Shown here in pieces: positions 10,663 through 20,921 of a stretch of 64,000 nt of DNA (positions are counted from its first letter, which is position 1; the number at the start of each line of letters is the position of its first letter). The translations under genes and the position numbers were made by a program. The DNA is from Thermodesulfobacteriota bacterium (GTDB lineage Bacteria > Desulfobacterota_D > UBA1144 > Nemesobacterales > UBA2774), in the NCBI GenBank assembly GCA_965223335.1, contig OZ244991.1:1152001-1216000 (forward strand). Reading direction: 5' to 3'. The notes under the pieces are model-generated. The model was not told where the DNA came from. It made no database searches and was given only the letters and a program-made list of their open reading frames with translations.

Positions 10663-10881
10663 ATGAAATACCTCTAAAATCTTTGACGCTGATTAAGATT
10701 ACACGGTTTGCCCCTATTCGCAAGACTCGGGTTTGGCGCGCCCCGAAATGCTTGAATAGATCGTCATTTGGCTATAAATTTAGTTGGCGTATATCAATTA
10801 GTTGTGTCCGATCGGCTGGATTAATCCAGTGCACGTTGGTTTTAAGCTGAATCAAAACATTTTGAATAAAGAGGCTATGAT

Positions 10882-11349
10882 ATGTTGGGAGCAATTAAGA
10901 AATTATTAGGTCATAAAAACCAATCGTCCGATGTTCTGAGCAGTGCCGAGAGAGAAGAAAGGATAAAGGTTGCGACTTGTGTAATATTGATCGAGTCTGC
11001 AACAGCAGATGAACACTTTTCCAACGAGGAGCAACAGAAGGTTATAAACATTCTAAAAACCGAGTTTAATCTGACCGATGATGCGGTCCGTGAGCTAATA
11101 GAGGAATCCGAAACGCAGCGCCAAAACACTAGCGACCTCTGGTATTTTACGGATCAGATCAACCAGAACTTCACCAATGAAGAAAAATACGAACTCATGG
11201 AGAAAGTATGGGAGGTTATATACTCAGACGGCACATTGGATAAGTACGAGAACTACATGGCCCATAAGTTATCGAACCTGCTTCGGATCGATCACTCAAA
11301 ATTCATAGAACTTAAAATGCAAGTAAAAGAGAAACTAAATATACAATAA
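10882..11349 (+). CDS. TerB family protein
   Basis: ADEHFSNEEQ and VIYSDGTLDKYE acidic motifs, helical, 155 aa. Confidence 0.85.
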   Translation: MLGAIKKLLGHKNQSSDVLSSAEREERIKVATCVILIESATADEHFSNEEQQKVINILKTEFNLTDDAVRELIEESETQRQNTSDLWYFTDQINQNFTNEEKYELMEKVWEVIYSDGTLDKYENYMAHKLSNLLRIDHSKFIELKMQVKEKLNIQ

Positions 11350-11400
11350 TCAGTATGCATTAGATAATTTTTGGTGAAACTTTCTGACCACCGTTAGGGT

Positions 11401-12705
11401 GTGGAGCAGGTCTTGAATCTTACTAGTGTAAATAGGCGCGTTGCAGTAATCTCAGGTCTTAGAACCCCTTTTGCCATACCTGACTCAGTTTATGTGAATT
11501 TAGATGCTTACGATCTGGGGAAGGCTGTGATTCACGAGCTCCTAAACCGCTCGGAGATTGACCCCTCTTGGATCGATAGAGTTTACTTTGGCAGCGCTAT
11601 CCCCAGTAGCGGGACTGAGAACTTAGCAAATGAAATCTCTGGGCGCAGCACTATCCCAAGTGAAGTACCAGCTCTAAGTCTCTTGGGGTCGTCACTTTCT
11701 GGTGTACAGGCCGTTACCTCTGCAGTGGACAGCATCAGTCTTGGGTTTGCGGACGTAGTGTTGGCGGGCGGGGTAGAGTCGATTACTCATGCACGGCTGC
11801 AAAGTCTCTTAAAGAATAATCCTACTACACGACGTTTAAAAACATCTAAAAGTTTGTTTGAACGTATCAGATCGGTAAAAAAGCAAGCTGAACCTGGTAT
11901 TGTGCCCGAAATTACTTTGTTGGACGGTGGGCGGAGTGATTGTAACGGGTTGGTCCATGCAGATAGGCTTGCTTTGGATTTTCAAATCTCTAGAGCACGA
12001 CAGGACGACTACGCACTTACAAGCCACAGCAGAGCTACAGCCGCCCACGAAACCATAATACATAACTACATTGCCGATCTTTATGTACCGCCGGATTATA
12101 CCCACGTCAATAAAACAGACAGCTTCCTGCAGAAAAGCCTAGAAATCGAATCGTTAAGTGCATTTGAACCCCTAAGCCCGTGGGATCTGGGCACTGTTAC
12201 CGAGGGCAACTCGGCCCCCTTAGCAGACGGTGCATCGGCCCTCTTGCTTATGGCTGAGGATACTGCAAGATCGCTTGGGTACGAGCCTAGTTTATTTATA
12301 CGGGGCTATGCATATGCGTCTGCGCATAACGAGAAAGATAGATTTTTGACTACATACAGTTCTACAGTCGAGGCATTGAGAAGGTCCAGTATTGCTATAG
12401 GCGAGATTGAGCTTATTGAAATGCACGAGTTATTCGCCGCCGAGGTAATTGCAAATTGTCAATTGTTCGGACGTAACACTGAGGCGGGTATAAAGCAAAA
12501 CCGTGAGCAGTCTAGTTGGATGGACCGTATTAGAGTTAACCCGCTCGGGGGATCGATTGCGGTCGGGCATCCCCCAGCTGCAACACCTGGGCGATTAATC
12601 ATCAATATGCTGGTACAGACTACTCAGAGAGAGTGGTCTTTGGGGCTTTGCTCTGTATCCACTATGGAGGGGCAAGGGTGCACAATGATCCTAGAGAGGG
12701 CTTAG
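11401..12705 (+). CDS. FadI-like thiolase homolog, both catalytic Cys replaced by Ser
   Basis: RTPF, AGGVES, QDDYA, GTVTEGNSAPLADGASALLL, HELF, VNPLGGSIAVGHP; Cys positions read S98 and S420. Confidence 0.85.
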   Translation: MEQVLNLTSVNRRVAVISGLRTPFAIPDSVYVNLDAYDLGKAVIHELLNRSEIDPSWIDRVYFGSAIPSSGTENLANEISGRSTIPSEVPALSLLGSSLSGVQAVTSAVDSISLGFADVVLAGGVESITHARLQSLLKNNPTTRRLKTSKSLFERIRSVKKQAEPGIVPEITLLDGGRSDCNGLVHADRLALDFQISRARQDDYALTSHSRATAAHETIIHNYIADLYVPPDYTHVNKTDSFLQKSLEIESLSAFEPLSPWDLGTVTEGNSAPLADGASALLLMAEDTARSLGYEPSLFIRGYAYASAHNEKDRFLTTYSSTVEALRRSSIAIGEIELIEMHELFAAEVIANCQLFGRNTEAGIKQNREQSSWMDRIRVNPLGGSIAVGHPPAATPGRLIINMLVQTTQREWSLGLCSVSTMEGQGCTMILERA

Positions 12706-12709
12706 AATT

Positions 12710-14872
12710 TTGAATACCGAGTCTATTAGAAATTTTAGTATTGATACCGGCCCTCGCGGGGTTGCTTTGCTTAGAATAGGCACGCCCGATAATTCCCGCA
12801 ACAAACTCGGAGCCTATTTTATCGATGAGCTCCGGGGGTTTATTGAGGGCTTAACAGAGGATTTTACATTGATTGAGAGCCGCGATGAGATAAGAGCGGT
12901 TGTAATACTCAGTACTCTCAAAAACGATTTTATATCAGGGTACGACCTAGATGAGATCTTAAAATTCAGGTATTCGGACGAGGGCAGGGAGGCAAGTCTT
13001 AGGGCACAGGAGTTGATGAAGAAGATCGAAGATTCCAATATACCGATAATTGCGGCTATAAACGGCGGCTGTCTTGGAATTGGGCTTGAACTCGTGCTGG
13101 CTTCTACCTATAGTGTTTCGACACTCGACACACACACCATTTTTGGATTTCCTGATATTAAGCTTGGACTCATTCCCTTTGCAGGCAGTCTCGGGCGCCT
13201 AACCACTAGAGTGGGTTATCGCAAGGCTCTCGATATGGTAGTTGGTGGAGAGCCTGTCCGCAGCGAGCGGGCTGTAAGTTTGGGCTTAATCGACGAGGCG
13301 GTTCCAAAGCCCTTGCTCGAGGACGTGGCGGTTAAAAGGGCGATTGAAATTTTTAATAAAGAGCTTGTACCCAAAAGACGCACCTCGACACAGGTTTTAA
13401 AAGATTATTTGTTTAGGAGCCGTGTGTTTCAGGGAATGATCTTTAGGGGATACGAGAGCAGATCCGCTAATGATGCAATTGACGATCTGCCCACGGTGGC
13501 TATGGCGCTTGAGGTATTCGGGGTAAGCGCATCCAGTGTTAGTCGGGGCTTGCACGCGGAATCCCTCTATTTCGGCGAGCTTGCTGTGAATAGCAAGGTC
13601 AAAGAAAACATACGCATCGAAAACGCACTAGAGAACGCCCGGCGCAAAAACAGCTCGCACACAGAGGTTCCGGGCCCGGAAATAACAAAGGTCACAGTAG
13701 TTGGAGACTATGGTATAGCCCCCATTGCAGCCAGTATAGCTTTGGGCGGTGAATGTGAGGTTAGGGTAGTGGCCCGTGACCATATTCGGGCGGGTGCGGT
13801 GTTAAAAGAAACTCACAGACTGCTAGCCAATATGACGGCTAATGGCAATATTTCTGCTACTGAACTCCGCAATAAATTCGACCTTATCACTGCGACAACA
13901 GAATATACCGGCATACGTAATGCCCAGGTCGTTTTGGAATCGGTGGGCAATAATCTATCCGAGAAACTTAGCGTGCTCGAAAAAGTAGAGCGGATTTCGG
14001 GTCCCGACACCCTATATTCGACCCATGTCCAAGCAGAGCCTATATCAAAAATTAGGCAGTCCTCTAAACGCCCTCTCAATATAATGGGCATCCGCTTCTA
14101 TCGACCGATTATCGATAACCCTATGCTTGAGCTGGTTGTAAATAAAGAGAGTCCCGAACCCATACTTGCTATGGCAGAGAAGTTTGTATCTGTGCTCGGC
14201 AAGGCCGCTATACGTGTGGCCGATATCCCCGGGTTTTACACCGAGCGGCTGCTCGTAGCGTTTCTAAACGAAGCGGTTCATATAGTGAGTGAAGGAGTCG
14301 ATGCAACAAGCGTCGACGATTCTGCACTAAGCCTTGGGTTTACACACGCTCCCCTATCGCTACTCGACAACAAGGGCATAGACGACTATCTCGATACTGC
14401 ACAATTGCTATCGGCTGTGATTGGGGAGAGGTTCGATCCCCCTCCGCTGCTAAAGGAGTTAGTCGGGTCCGATAGGCTTGGCAAAAAGAGCGGAGAGGGT
14501 TTTTATCTATATAGCGGGGGTTCAAAAAGGATTGCAAGACGCGTGGCCAAACTATTGCCCGGTAAAAATACCGAGCCCTTTATTTCGGTGGAACAGATAC
14601 AACACAGACTCCTATACGCTATAATTTCCGAGGCCCTCGCAAGTTATGAGCTGGGCATTATAGAGTCTCCATTGGATGGCGACCTGGGGGCTGTGTATGG
14701 TCTCGGGTTCCCAAAGCATATGGGCGGGCCGTTTAGTTATGTGGATAGCCTGGGGGCATCCGAGGTGCTAAAGAACCTCCACAACCTGGGCATAGCCTAT
14801 AAACCCAGATACCAATGCCCCGAGCTGATCAAACAATACGCTATAGACGAGAAACTGTTCTATGCCCAATGA
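12710..14872 (+). CDS. FadJ-like multifunctional enzyme alpha-subunit homolog (enoyl-CoA hydratase + 3-hydroxyacyl-CoA dehydrogenase), degenerate active sites
   Basis: AAINGGCLGIGLEL, LGLIDEAV, DIPGFYTERL, RLGKKSGEGFYLY, GDLGAVYGLGFP..GGPF; NAD-binding Gly motif and catalytic His altered. Confidence 0.87.
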   Translation: MNTESIRNFSIDTGPRGVALLRIGTPDNSRNKLGAYFIDELRGFIEGLTEDFTLIESRDEIRAVVILSTLKNDFISGYDLDEILKFRYSDEGREASLRAQELMKKIEDSNIPIIAAINGGCLGIGLELVLASTYSVSTLDTHTIFGFPDIKLGLIPFAGSLGRLTTRVGYRKALDMVVGGEPVRSERAVSLGLIDEAVPKPLLEDVAVKRAIEIFNKELVPKRRTSTQVLKDYLFRSRVFQGMIFRGYESRSANDAIDDLPTVAMALEVFGVSASSVSRGLHAESLYFGELAVNSKVKENIRIENALENARRKNSSHTEVPGPEITKVTVVGDYGIAPIAASIALGGECEVRVVARDHIRAGAVLKETHRLLANMTANGNISATELRNKFDLITATTEYTGIRNAQVVLESVGNNLSEKLSVLEKVERISGPDTLYSTHVQAEPISKIRQSSKRPLNIMGIRFYRPIIDNPMLELVVNKESPEPILAMAEKFVSVLGKAAIRVADIPGFYTERLLVAFLNEAVHIVSEGVDATSVDDSALSLGFTHAPLSLLDNKGIDDYLDTAQLLSAVIGERFDPPPLLKELVGSDRLGKKSGEGFYLYSGGSKRIARRVAKLLPGKNTEPFISVEQIQHRLLYAIISEALASYELGIIESPLDGDLGAVYGLGFPKHMGGPFSYVDSLGASEVLKNLHNLGIAYKPRYQCPELIKQYAIDEKLFYAQ

Positions 14873-14990
14873 TTTCCGATGCAGTCCCCTTAGTTTGCGG
14901 TTTGCAACTCATTATTGGGCACGTGGCTATATTTACATTTGGTTATCAGCCGTAATAATATATGGGTCAATTAATCTTCCAGTGTCATAA

Positions 14991-15833
14991 ATGAATACAG
15001 ATAAAGTAAAACGCAGTAAACGCATCATCCTTATTCTCTCGGCGCTCGGCCTCTTAGTATCACTCTATCTTTCCTATCTGCATATTACGGATTCACAGGC
15101 CGGGTTTTGTACCGCAGGGTCTGCCTGCGATGCGGTACGCATGAGTGAGTACTCGTCGCTGCTCGGTATACCGGTTGCTGCTTATGGGGTCATCGCATTC
15201 GGGCTTATATGGGTACTAAGCCTTCTCACGCTCAAAGAAAGGGTAAGGTGGCTCGCACTCTATGTGGTATCTCTCGGGGGTGTGGCCTTCTCACTATACC
15301 TAACTTACATCGAACTGTTTGTGATCGATGCCATATGTGTCTATTGTGTAGCATCGGCAGTTATCATACTGCTCGTATTCATTACCGTCCTCCTCAGCAA
15401 ACCTTTTTTGGATAAAGGACTTTCTACGCTATCCAAGGTAGCTCTTAGTGTAGTGGTAGCGGCCGCCGTGGTGTTCGGTTCCGCTATGATACAGTCGATT
15501 AGCGTAGGTACACAGGCCGGGGCTGCGAATGAGTACCAGACAGGCCTTGCCAAGCATCTAAGAAAAAACGGGGCCATTATGTTCGGATCGTTTAAATGCC
15601 CTCACTGCAACGAACAGAAAAAACTGTTCGGCGACGCCTTTAAATACATAGCTTATGTTGAATGTCACCCCAAAGGTGAAAATGCCAACCCGTCCCTGTG
15701 CTTTGCGCGCGGCATACTAAACTACCCGACTTGGGAAATAAAGGGCAGGCACTACTCGGGCGCACTCAGCCTAGAAGACCTCTCCAAACTATCCGGGTTT
15801 AAATACGATAAACCTCAAACTAATGGGGAGTAA
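14991..15833 (+). CDS. VKOR-thioredoxin fusion (disulfide bond formation)
   Basis: Loop cysteines CTAGSAC, S-x-Y-S, CVYC in the VKOR domain; C-terminal Trx domain with CPHC, YVEC, YPTW. Confidence 0.93.
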   Translation: MNTDKVKRSKRIILILSALGLLVSLYLSYLHITDSQAGFCTAGSACDAVRMSEYSSLLGIPVAAYGVIAFGLIWVLSLLTLKERVRWLALYVVSLGGVAFSLYLTYIELFVIDAICVYCVASAVIILLVFITVLLSKPFLDKGLSTLSKVALSVVVAAAVVFGSAMIQSISVGTQAGAANEYQTGLAKHLRKNGAIMFGSFKCPHCNEQKKLFGDAFKYIAYVECHPKGENANPSLCFARGILNYPTWEIKGRHYSGALSLEDLSKLSGFKYDKPQTNGE

Positions 15834-15890
15834 CACAAGTTTTTACGTCCGATTCCCCCGGCAACATATTCTGTACACTATGTTGGGGAA

Positions 15891-16220
15891 TCATCTCTCT
15901 TTAGCTTTTTCCTCGTAAGCCTGCTGTACATAGTTGCCTTCAACGTCCAAAAGCTTAATACCCATCCTCGACGGCAGCCCCGGCAAGTAACGTGTGGACC
16001 ATTTCACCACACCCTGTACACATAGGTCCGTGCTGTTTGTTTCGTTCTCGTTTCTCAAAAAATCTATCACGACTTTTGTGCCCGGGGGAAAAATCCTGCG
16101 AGATTCGAGTTTAAGGCCGTTTCTCGAGATGTTGAGAACGTAGCCGTAAAACTCTGGTTTGGTCATCCCGTGCTTTATTCTCTTTCTATATATGACTCTG
16201 CGGGTATCGCGCCTCTCCAT
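15891..16220 (-). CDS. stand-alone PilZ domain protein
   Basis: ERRDTRR (RxxxR) and NISRNG (D/NxSxxG), GVVKW, MGIK; start ATG 16220. Confidence 0.82.
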   Translation of the reverse strand: MERRDTRRVIYRKRIKHGMTKPEFYGYVLNISRNGLKLESRRIFPPGTKVVIDFLRNENETNSTDLCVQGVVKWSTRYLPGLPSRMGIKLLDVEGNYVQQAYEEKAKER

Positions 16221-16393
16221 CTGTCTATTATAAATTATTATGCAAATTGAGAACAGAGTAAACCGCCAACTAATCGACATTCAATGTTTAATAATTTCAT
16301 TAGATTAGGAGCTTTGTGGCGGGTAAAGTAGGAGTTATAATATATATATAAATCGTCTTGATTATTGTTGTGACGATTGGGGAGGTGAATGTT

Positions 16394-16690
16394 ATGGCTG
16401 ACGGAGAATTAGGACACGATGTAGAGAAGTTAAAAGAGGATATTTCCGTTATTCGTGATGACCTCACACAGATTACGGAGAAGCTCTTTAGTAAAGGCAA
16501 GGCCGAATCGGCCCAGATTAAGGACAAGATTGTAAGTGGGATTGGGGACGAGTTTGAAAGTGTAAGCAAAAAGGGCAAAGCCAAGGCCGATGATCTTGAG
16601 AATAAGGTCAAAGAAAAACCTTTGCTAAGCATACTCATTGCGTTTATAGTCGGGTTGCTTCTGGGTAAGTTGTTTGATCCCAAAAGGTAG
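16394..16690 (+). CDS. ElaB/YqjD/DUF883-like membrane-anchored protein
   Basis: Coiled N-terminus, VKEKPLLSILIAFIVGLLLG C-terminal anchor; GGAGGT RBS before ATG 16394. Confidence 0.85.
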   Translation: MADGELGHDVEKLKEDISVIRDDLTQITEKLFSKGKAESAQIKDKIVSGIGDEFESVSKKGKAKADDLENKVKEKPLLSILIAFIVGLLLGKLFDPKR

Positions 16691-16695
16691 GAGAC

Positions 16696-17169
16696 TTGGG
16701 TTTGTCACTAATCACTAGACTCGTACTCAGTCTGTTCGGTAAGGATCAGGTAGTGGTCGAGGAGCTGGTCTCAAAGCTCTTAGTACTGGCAATTATGTTT
16801 GTAGTGGTCTGGATCCTCGGGTTTTTGGGTGTGGGTTTTCTATTATGGGCGTTTTATCTGTTCCTCGCGACTAAATTCATAGCATGGCAGGCTGCTTTAA
16901 TCACCGGGGTGTCCGCGTTTGTGCTTATAGGTTTATTGGCTATAGCGCTTAGTGTGATCAGGGGCTATGTAATCAGGCCTAAAAAGTCTTCTGGAACCGA
17001 GCCGGCTCATCATGATATGACAGAAGCTGTGGATCTCATTAGGAGCCATCCACTCGAGTCTGGGGTGCTAGCAATGGCGCTTGGGTTCACATCCAGTTCC
17101 TCCCCCGAGTTTAAATCTGTTTTATCCGATATAGTGTGGGTATTAAAAGAGGAATCGGTGTCCAAGTAG
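16696..17169 (+). CDS. YqjE/holin-X-like membrane protein
   Basis: Two TM helices, directly after the DUF883-like gene as in yqjDE-type pairs; GGAG RBS before TTG. Confidence 0.6.
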   Translation: MGLSLITRLVLSLFGKDQVVVEELVSKLLVLAIMFVVVWILGFLGVGFLLWAFYLFLATKFIAWQAALITGVSAFVLIGLLAIALSVIRGYVIRPKKSSGTEPAHHDMTEAVDLIRSHPLESGVLAMALGFTSSSSPEFKSVLSDIVWVLKEESVSK

Positions 17170-17188
17170 GGTAATCACTTAATACCTG

Positions 17189-17884
17189 CTAATAATTTCT
17201 CGACTCGTCTATAAATCTTCTAAAAATCCTTTTTGAATAAATAGTTGTTTCCAGTTCCGGGTGCCACTGCACTCCCAGAATGAAATGCTCTCCCTTACTC
17301 TCCAGAGCTTCTACCATATCGTCATTGGACAGGCCCGATACCATTAGGTTCTTGCCGATCTTATCTACTGACTGGTGATGATAGCTCTTAACGGTAATTT
17401 CTGGGACCTTTACAATACTGCGCAGCGTTGTGTTTTTTTCTATCCTGACTTTGTGTTCCTTACCGTTTTCGTGTTCAAGTGCCTCGGGCACAAGCGATTT
17501 TAGGTCCTGGTACAAACTCCCGCCGAAATATACGTTAATAAGCTGCATCCCCCCGCAGATTCCCAAAATCGGTTTTCTGAGAGATACCGCTGTCCTTGTG
17601 ACCTCAAACTCTGCAACGGTACGCTCGGCGTCCATCGGCCTTAGTTTAGGGTGGGGTTTTTGTTTGTAGTGCTTGGGGTCCATGTCCCTTGAGCCCGGGA
17701 TCAAAATGCCGTCCATCCTAGCTACTGTAGCCGAGACGACACTTTTTGATGAGTTTGTGGGAATGAGCATTGGTATCCCGCCGTTTTTGGCCACGGCCTC
17801 CGAGTATTTAGCCTCGATTTGGTTATGGTTCTCCCTCGTGTCTGTGGTTATTCCAATTAGGGGTTTTGATCTGGTTTTTTTCAT
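17189..17884 (-). CDS. peptidase C26 / gamma-glutamyl-GABA hydrolase family glutamine amidotransferase
   Basis: PLIGIT, PILGICGGMQLINV, SYHHQ, GVQWHPE. Confidence 0.93.
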   Translation of the reverse strand: MKKTRSKPLIGITTDTRENHNQIEAKYSEAVAKNGGIPMLIPTNSSKSVVSATVARMDGILIPGSRDMDPKHYKQKPHPKLRPMDAERTVAEFEVTRTAVSLRKPILGICGGMQLINVYFGGSLYQDLKSLVPEALEHENGKEHKVRIEKNTTLRSIVKVPEITVKSYHHQSVDKIGKNLMVSGLSNDDMVEALESKGEHFILGVQWHPELETTIYSKRIFRRFIDESRNY

Positions 17885-17973
17885 AGAGTGGTGTTGCGAA
17901 TCTAGTAGGATTTAGTGTTATTAAAAATAAAAAATGTTTGGCAATTACCAATAGTGAATTATTCTTATAGTCG

Positions 17974-18498
17974 ATGCAACACGAACCATACAGGAATTAT
18001 ACCGGTATATTTTTTGTTTTGCTCTCGCTCTCATTGGCTGTAGCCATATACTGTGCGTTTGGGCTGGTGTTTAGATTTGAGCACCCTTTCTTCAGCACTT
18101 CGCTCCTGCCGCTGTTTATAATCGCTCACATCCTGCTAACATCCATCGTATATGTTGTTTCAATTAGCCAGAGTTTGGTAGATCTGGACGAGCGGGGATT
18201 CACAAAGACTCGCACAGCCGTTGTAGTACTTGTATGCGCATTAGCTGTCTCAGCGCTATTCACCCTTACGTCTTACTTCGGTCTCTACCCGGCGACCATG
18301 GCTATGTTTCATCTCCTGCTTCTTTATTACTGCAGCATATCTATCGGTGCGATTGTTTTGGCAACATACATCGTGTTTCTCAGGCTGGGTGCAAAACTAG
18401 GCTTGCTGAATAATGCTATTATGGTCCTCGGATTAGTAATTAGCCTTGGGGTGTCGTATTTTACTCTTGCCTTCTTCAATAAATTCCCAATAATCTAG
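17974..18498 (+). CDS. hypothetical membrane protein
   Basis: About 5 hydrophobic segments. Confidence 0.7.
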   Translation: MQHEPYRNYTGIFFVLLSLSLAVAIYCAFGLVFRFEHPFFSTSLLPLFIIAHILLTSIVYVVSISQSLVDLDERGFTKTRTAVVVLVCALAVSALFTLTSYFGLYPATMAMFHLLLLYYCSISIGAIVLATYIVFLRLGAKLGLLNNAIMVLGLVISLGVSYFTLAFFNKFPII

Positions 18499-18524
18499 TT
18501 AGCATTTATAAATTCGAGTCTGAT

Positions 18525-18872
18525 ATGAATAATCGGAATAGGATTGAGCTTGTTGTATTGGGCCATGTGCTTGCTTTTGCACTCAACTCATGCTCAACTG
18601 TGTTTGACCCGTTTTTGGGACAGTGGCAATCCGGTGCTCGGGAGCTCTCGTTTTATAAGGGCAAAGAGTTTAAGCTCAGTATTGGCGACGGCATCTCGGT
18701 TAACCTAAAGGGTACTTACGCTTACGATAAAGATACTCTTACACTGCATATTGCAGAGGCCGGAAGTGTTAAATTTACCTACAGGTTCGGGGAGGGGGAA
18801 AAGCTTATACTAGTACCAAAGACCGTGTTTGAATATATCAAAACACAAATTGTTTTTAATAAACTCAATTGA
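18525..18872 (+). CDS. hypothetical small lipoprotein
   Basis: Lipobox-like LNSC, then FLGQW and GTYAYD beta-rich motifs. Confidence 0.65.
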   Translation: MNNRNRIELVVLGHVLAFALNSCSTVFDPFLGQWQSGARELSFYKGKEFKLSIGDGISVNLKGTYAYDKDTLTLHIAEAGSVKFTYRFGEGEKLILVPKTVFEYIKTQIVFNKLN

Positions 18873-18890
18873 TATCAAAAAGTCGTATAT

Positions 18891-20921
18891 ATGATAGAGC
18901 TCAAAGACATCTCGCATTCGTTCGGTTCACGCCAACTGTTCGACAATCTATCCTGGCAGATAAGGGATAACAAACGAATAGCGCTCTTTGGTCCCAACGG
19001 CACTGGCAAGACTACATTGCTCGATATTATCTCGGGGCAGTTCGAGCCTGATCGTGGCCAGGTCATTATCCCCAAAACCGAGGTCGTAGGATACCTGCCG
19101 CAGGAAACCGATATCCCCGACTCAGACCACTCTGTGCTTGGCGAGGCAATGACTGTATTTCACGAGGTCACCGCACTCGAGCAAGAATTGGTTGAGATCA
19201 CACACACTCTAAGAGATCACTCAGACAACTCCGCGGATCATACCAAACTACTCCAAAGACTGGATGAAATAGAGGCGGAACTTAAGGTCCGCGATTCCCA
19301 CCGGCTCCGCTCTAAGGCAGAGAAACTGTTGATGGGGCTTGGGTTCAGCACCGTGGATATTGCGAGCCCGCTGCGCACGTTTTCCGGGGGCTGGAGGATG
19401 AGGGTGGCGCTTGCAAAACTACTATTGCTCGAGCCCGACGTACTGCTTTTGGACGAGCCTACAAACCACCTCGATATCGAGAGCATTAGCTGGCTCGAGG
19501 ACTATCTCAAAGGCTTTGGAGGCACGGTGGTGCTTGTGTCTCACGACCAGTACTTTTTAGACAGAATGATCGATACCGTGGCCGAGCTCCGCTCGGGAAT
19601 CGTCACGGAGTATAGCGGCAACCTAAGTGCTTATACAAAGGAAAAAAGATCCAGATTCATCTTGCAGAAGTCTGCCTATGACAATCAGCAGAGGAAGATC
19701 AAAGAGACCGAACGGTTCATAGAGCGATTTAGGTACAAGAACACCAAGGCTAAACAGGTGCAAAGCCGAGTAAAGATGCTCGAGAAGCTAGAGCGAATAC
19801 CACTGCCTGAATCAGACGATGCCACAATAAAGTTTGCATTTCCCGAGCCCAAACAGCCAGGTAAGGTGGTCTATGAAATATCCCAATTCTCAAAGGTCTA
19901 TCAGTCCGATAGCGGTGAGTCTAATGAAGTATTTAAGGACTCGGCCCCTCTCATAATATCTAGGGGTGATAAGATTGCACTTATCGGAAAAAACGGCACA
20001 GGCAAAAGCACACTCTCTCGTATGATAATAGGGGCCGAGCCGTTTTTGGGCAGCGCAAAACTCGGTCACAACGTCGATATTACATACTTCGCACAGCACC
20101 AGGCTCAAACGCTTACCCCGACCAACACTATAATCGAAGAGATCAGGGCAGAGGGTGTAGTCGGCAACGAAACCGAGATCCGCACGTTGCTCGGTACGTT
20201 CCTCTTTACCGAAGACGATGTGTATAAACGGATCGAGGTTCTGTCGGGGGGCGAAAAGAGCCGTGTGGCTCTTGCCAAAACACTACTCGCGCCCAAAAAC
20301 TTCATGGTACTCGACGAGCCTACAAATCATCTCGATATACAGTCAAGAATGGTGCTCATCGAGGCACTCCGGCACTACAAGGGCACATTTGTAGTGGTCA
20401 GTCACGACAGATACTTCTTAGACCGGGTGGCAAACAAGGTTTGGTATCTCGACGGGGCCAAGGTACATGTGTATCCCGGTACATACTCCGAGTACCACGA
20501 TCATATTACTAGAAAAGACAGTTCAACCGAACGTTTTGAGACAGAGATCAGTGCACTGAATCCTAAAGACAGTGAACTTGAGACTGGTACCCCAATACTG
20601 GACAAGAAGGCTACTGCGGAGCAAAGAAACAGACTTCACCGTGAGTTGACTGAGTCCGGGTTGGAGAATATGGACGACTGGAAACTGCTCTCGGTAAAAC
20701 AGCTCACCAAGGCGCTATTGGACCTCGAAACAAAGATACACACGACTGAAAGTACTATTTCTGAGTTGGATAAAATGATTCACGAACCCTCTTTCTACGA
20801 TAATCCCGATCGTGCAAAAAACACAACGAACGAGTACAGAGATCTAAACGACTCACTAAGCACTATGTACAAGAGGTGGGAAGAGGTGTCGGCGCATCTT
20901 TCGCAAAACTCCCAGGACTGA
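18891..20921 (+). CDS. ABC-F family ATP-binding protein
   Basis: Two ABC domains (GPNGTGKT, FSGGW, LLLDEPTNHLD; GKNGTGKS, LSGGE, DEPTNHLD), no TM, C-terminal coiled coil. Confidence 0.96.
   Translation: MIELKDISHSFGSRQLFDNLSWQIRDNKRIALFGPNGTGKTTLLDIISGQFEPDRGQVIIPKTEVVGYLPQETDIPDSDHSVLGEAMTVFHEVTALEQELVEITHTLRDHSDNSADHTKLLQRLDEIEAELKVRDSHRLRSKAEKLLMGLGFSTVDIASPLRTFSGGWRMRVALAKLLLLEPDVLLLDEPTNHLDIESISWLEDYLKGFGGTVVLVSHDQYFLDRMIDTVAELRSGIVTEYSGNLSAYTKEKRSRFILQKSAYDNQQRKIKETERFIERFRYKNTKAKQVQSRVKMLEKLERIPLPESDDATIKFAFPEPKQPGKVVYEISQFSKVYQSDSGESNEVFKDSAPLIISRGDKIALIGKNGTGKSTLSRMIIGAEPFLGSAKLGHNVDITYFAQHQAQTLTPTNTIIEEIRAEGVVGNETEIRTLLGTFLFTEDDVYKRIEVLSGGEKSRVALAKTLLAPKNFMVLDEPTNHLDIQSRMVLIEALRHYKGTFVVVSHDRYFLDRVANKVWYLDGAKVHVYPGTYSEYHDHITRKDSSTERFETEISALNPKDSELETGTPILDKKATAEQRNRLHRELTESGLENMDDWKLLSVKQLTKALLDLETKIHTTESTISELDKMIHEPSFYDNPDRAKNTTNEYRDLNDSLSTMYKRWEEVSAHLSQNSQD

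Noticed and set aside
10816..10829. Palindrome CTGGATTAATCCAG upstream of the TerB-family gene
   Set aside because: Single copy, no recognised consensus and no adjacent regulator; could be an operator or a small hairpin but is unsupported.
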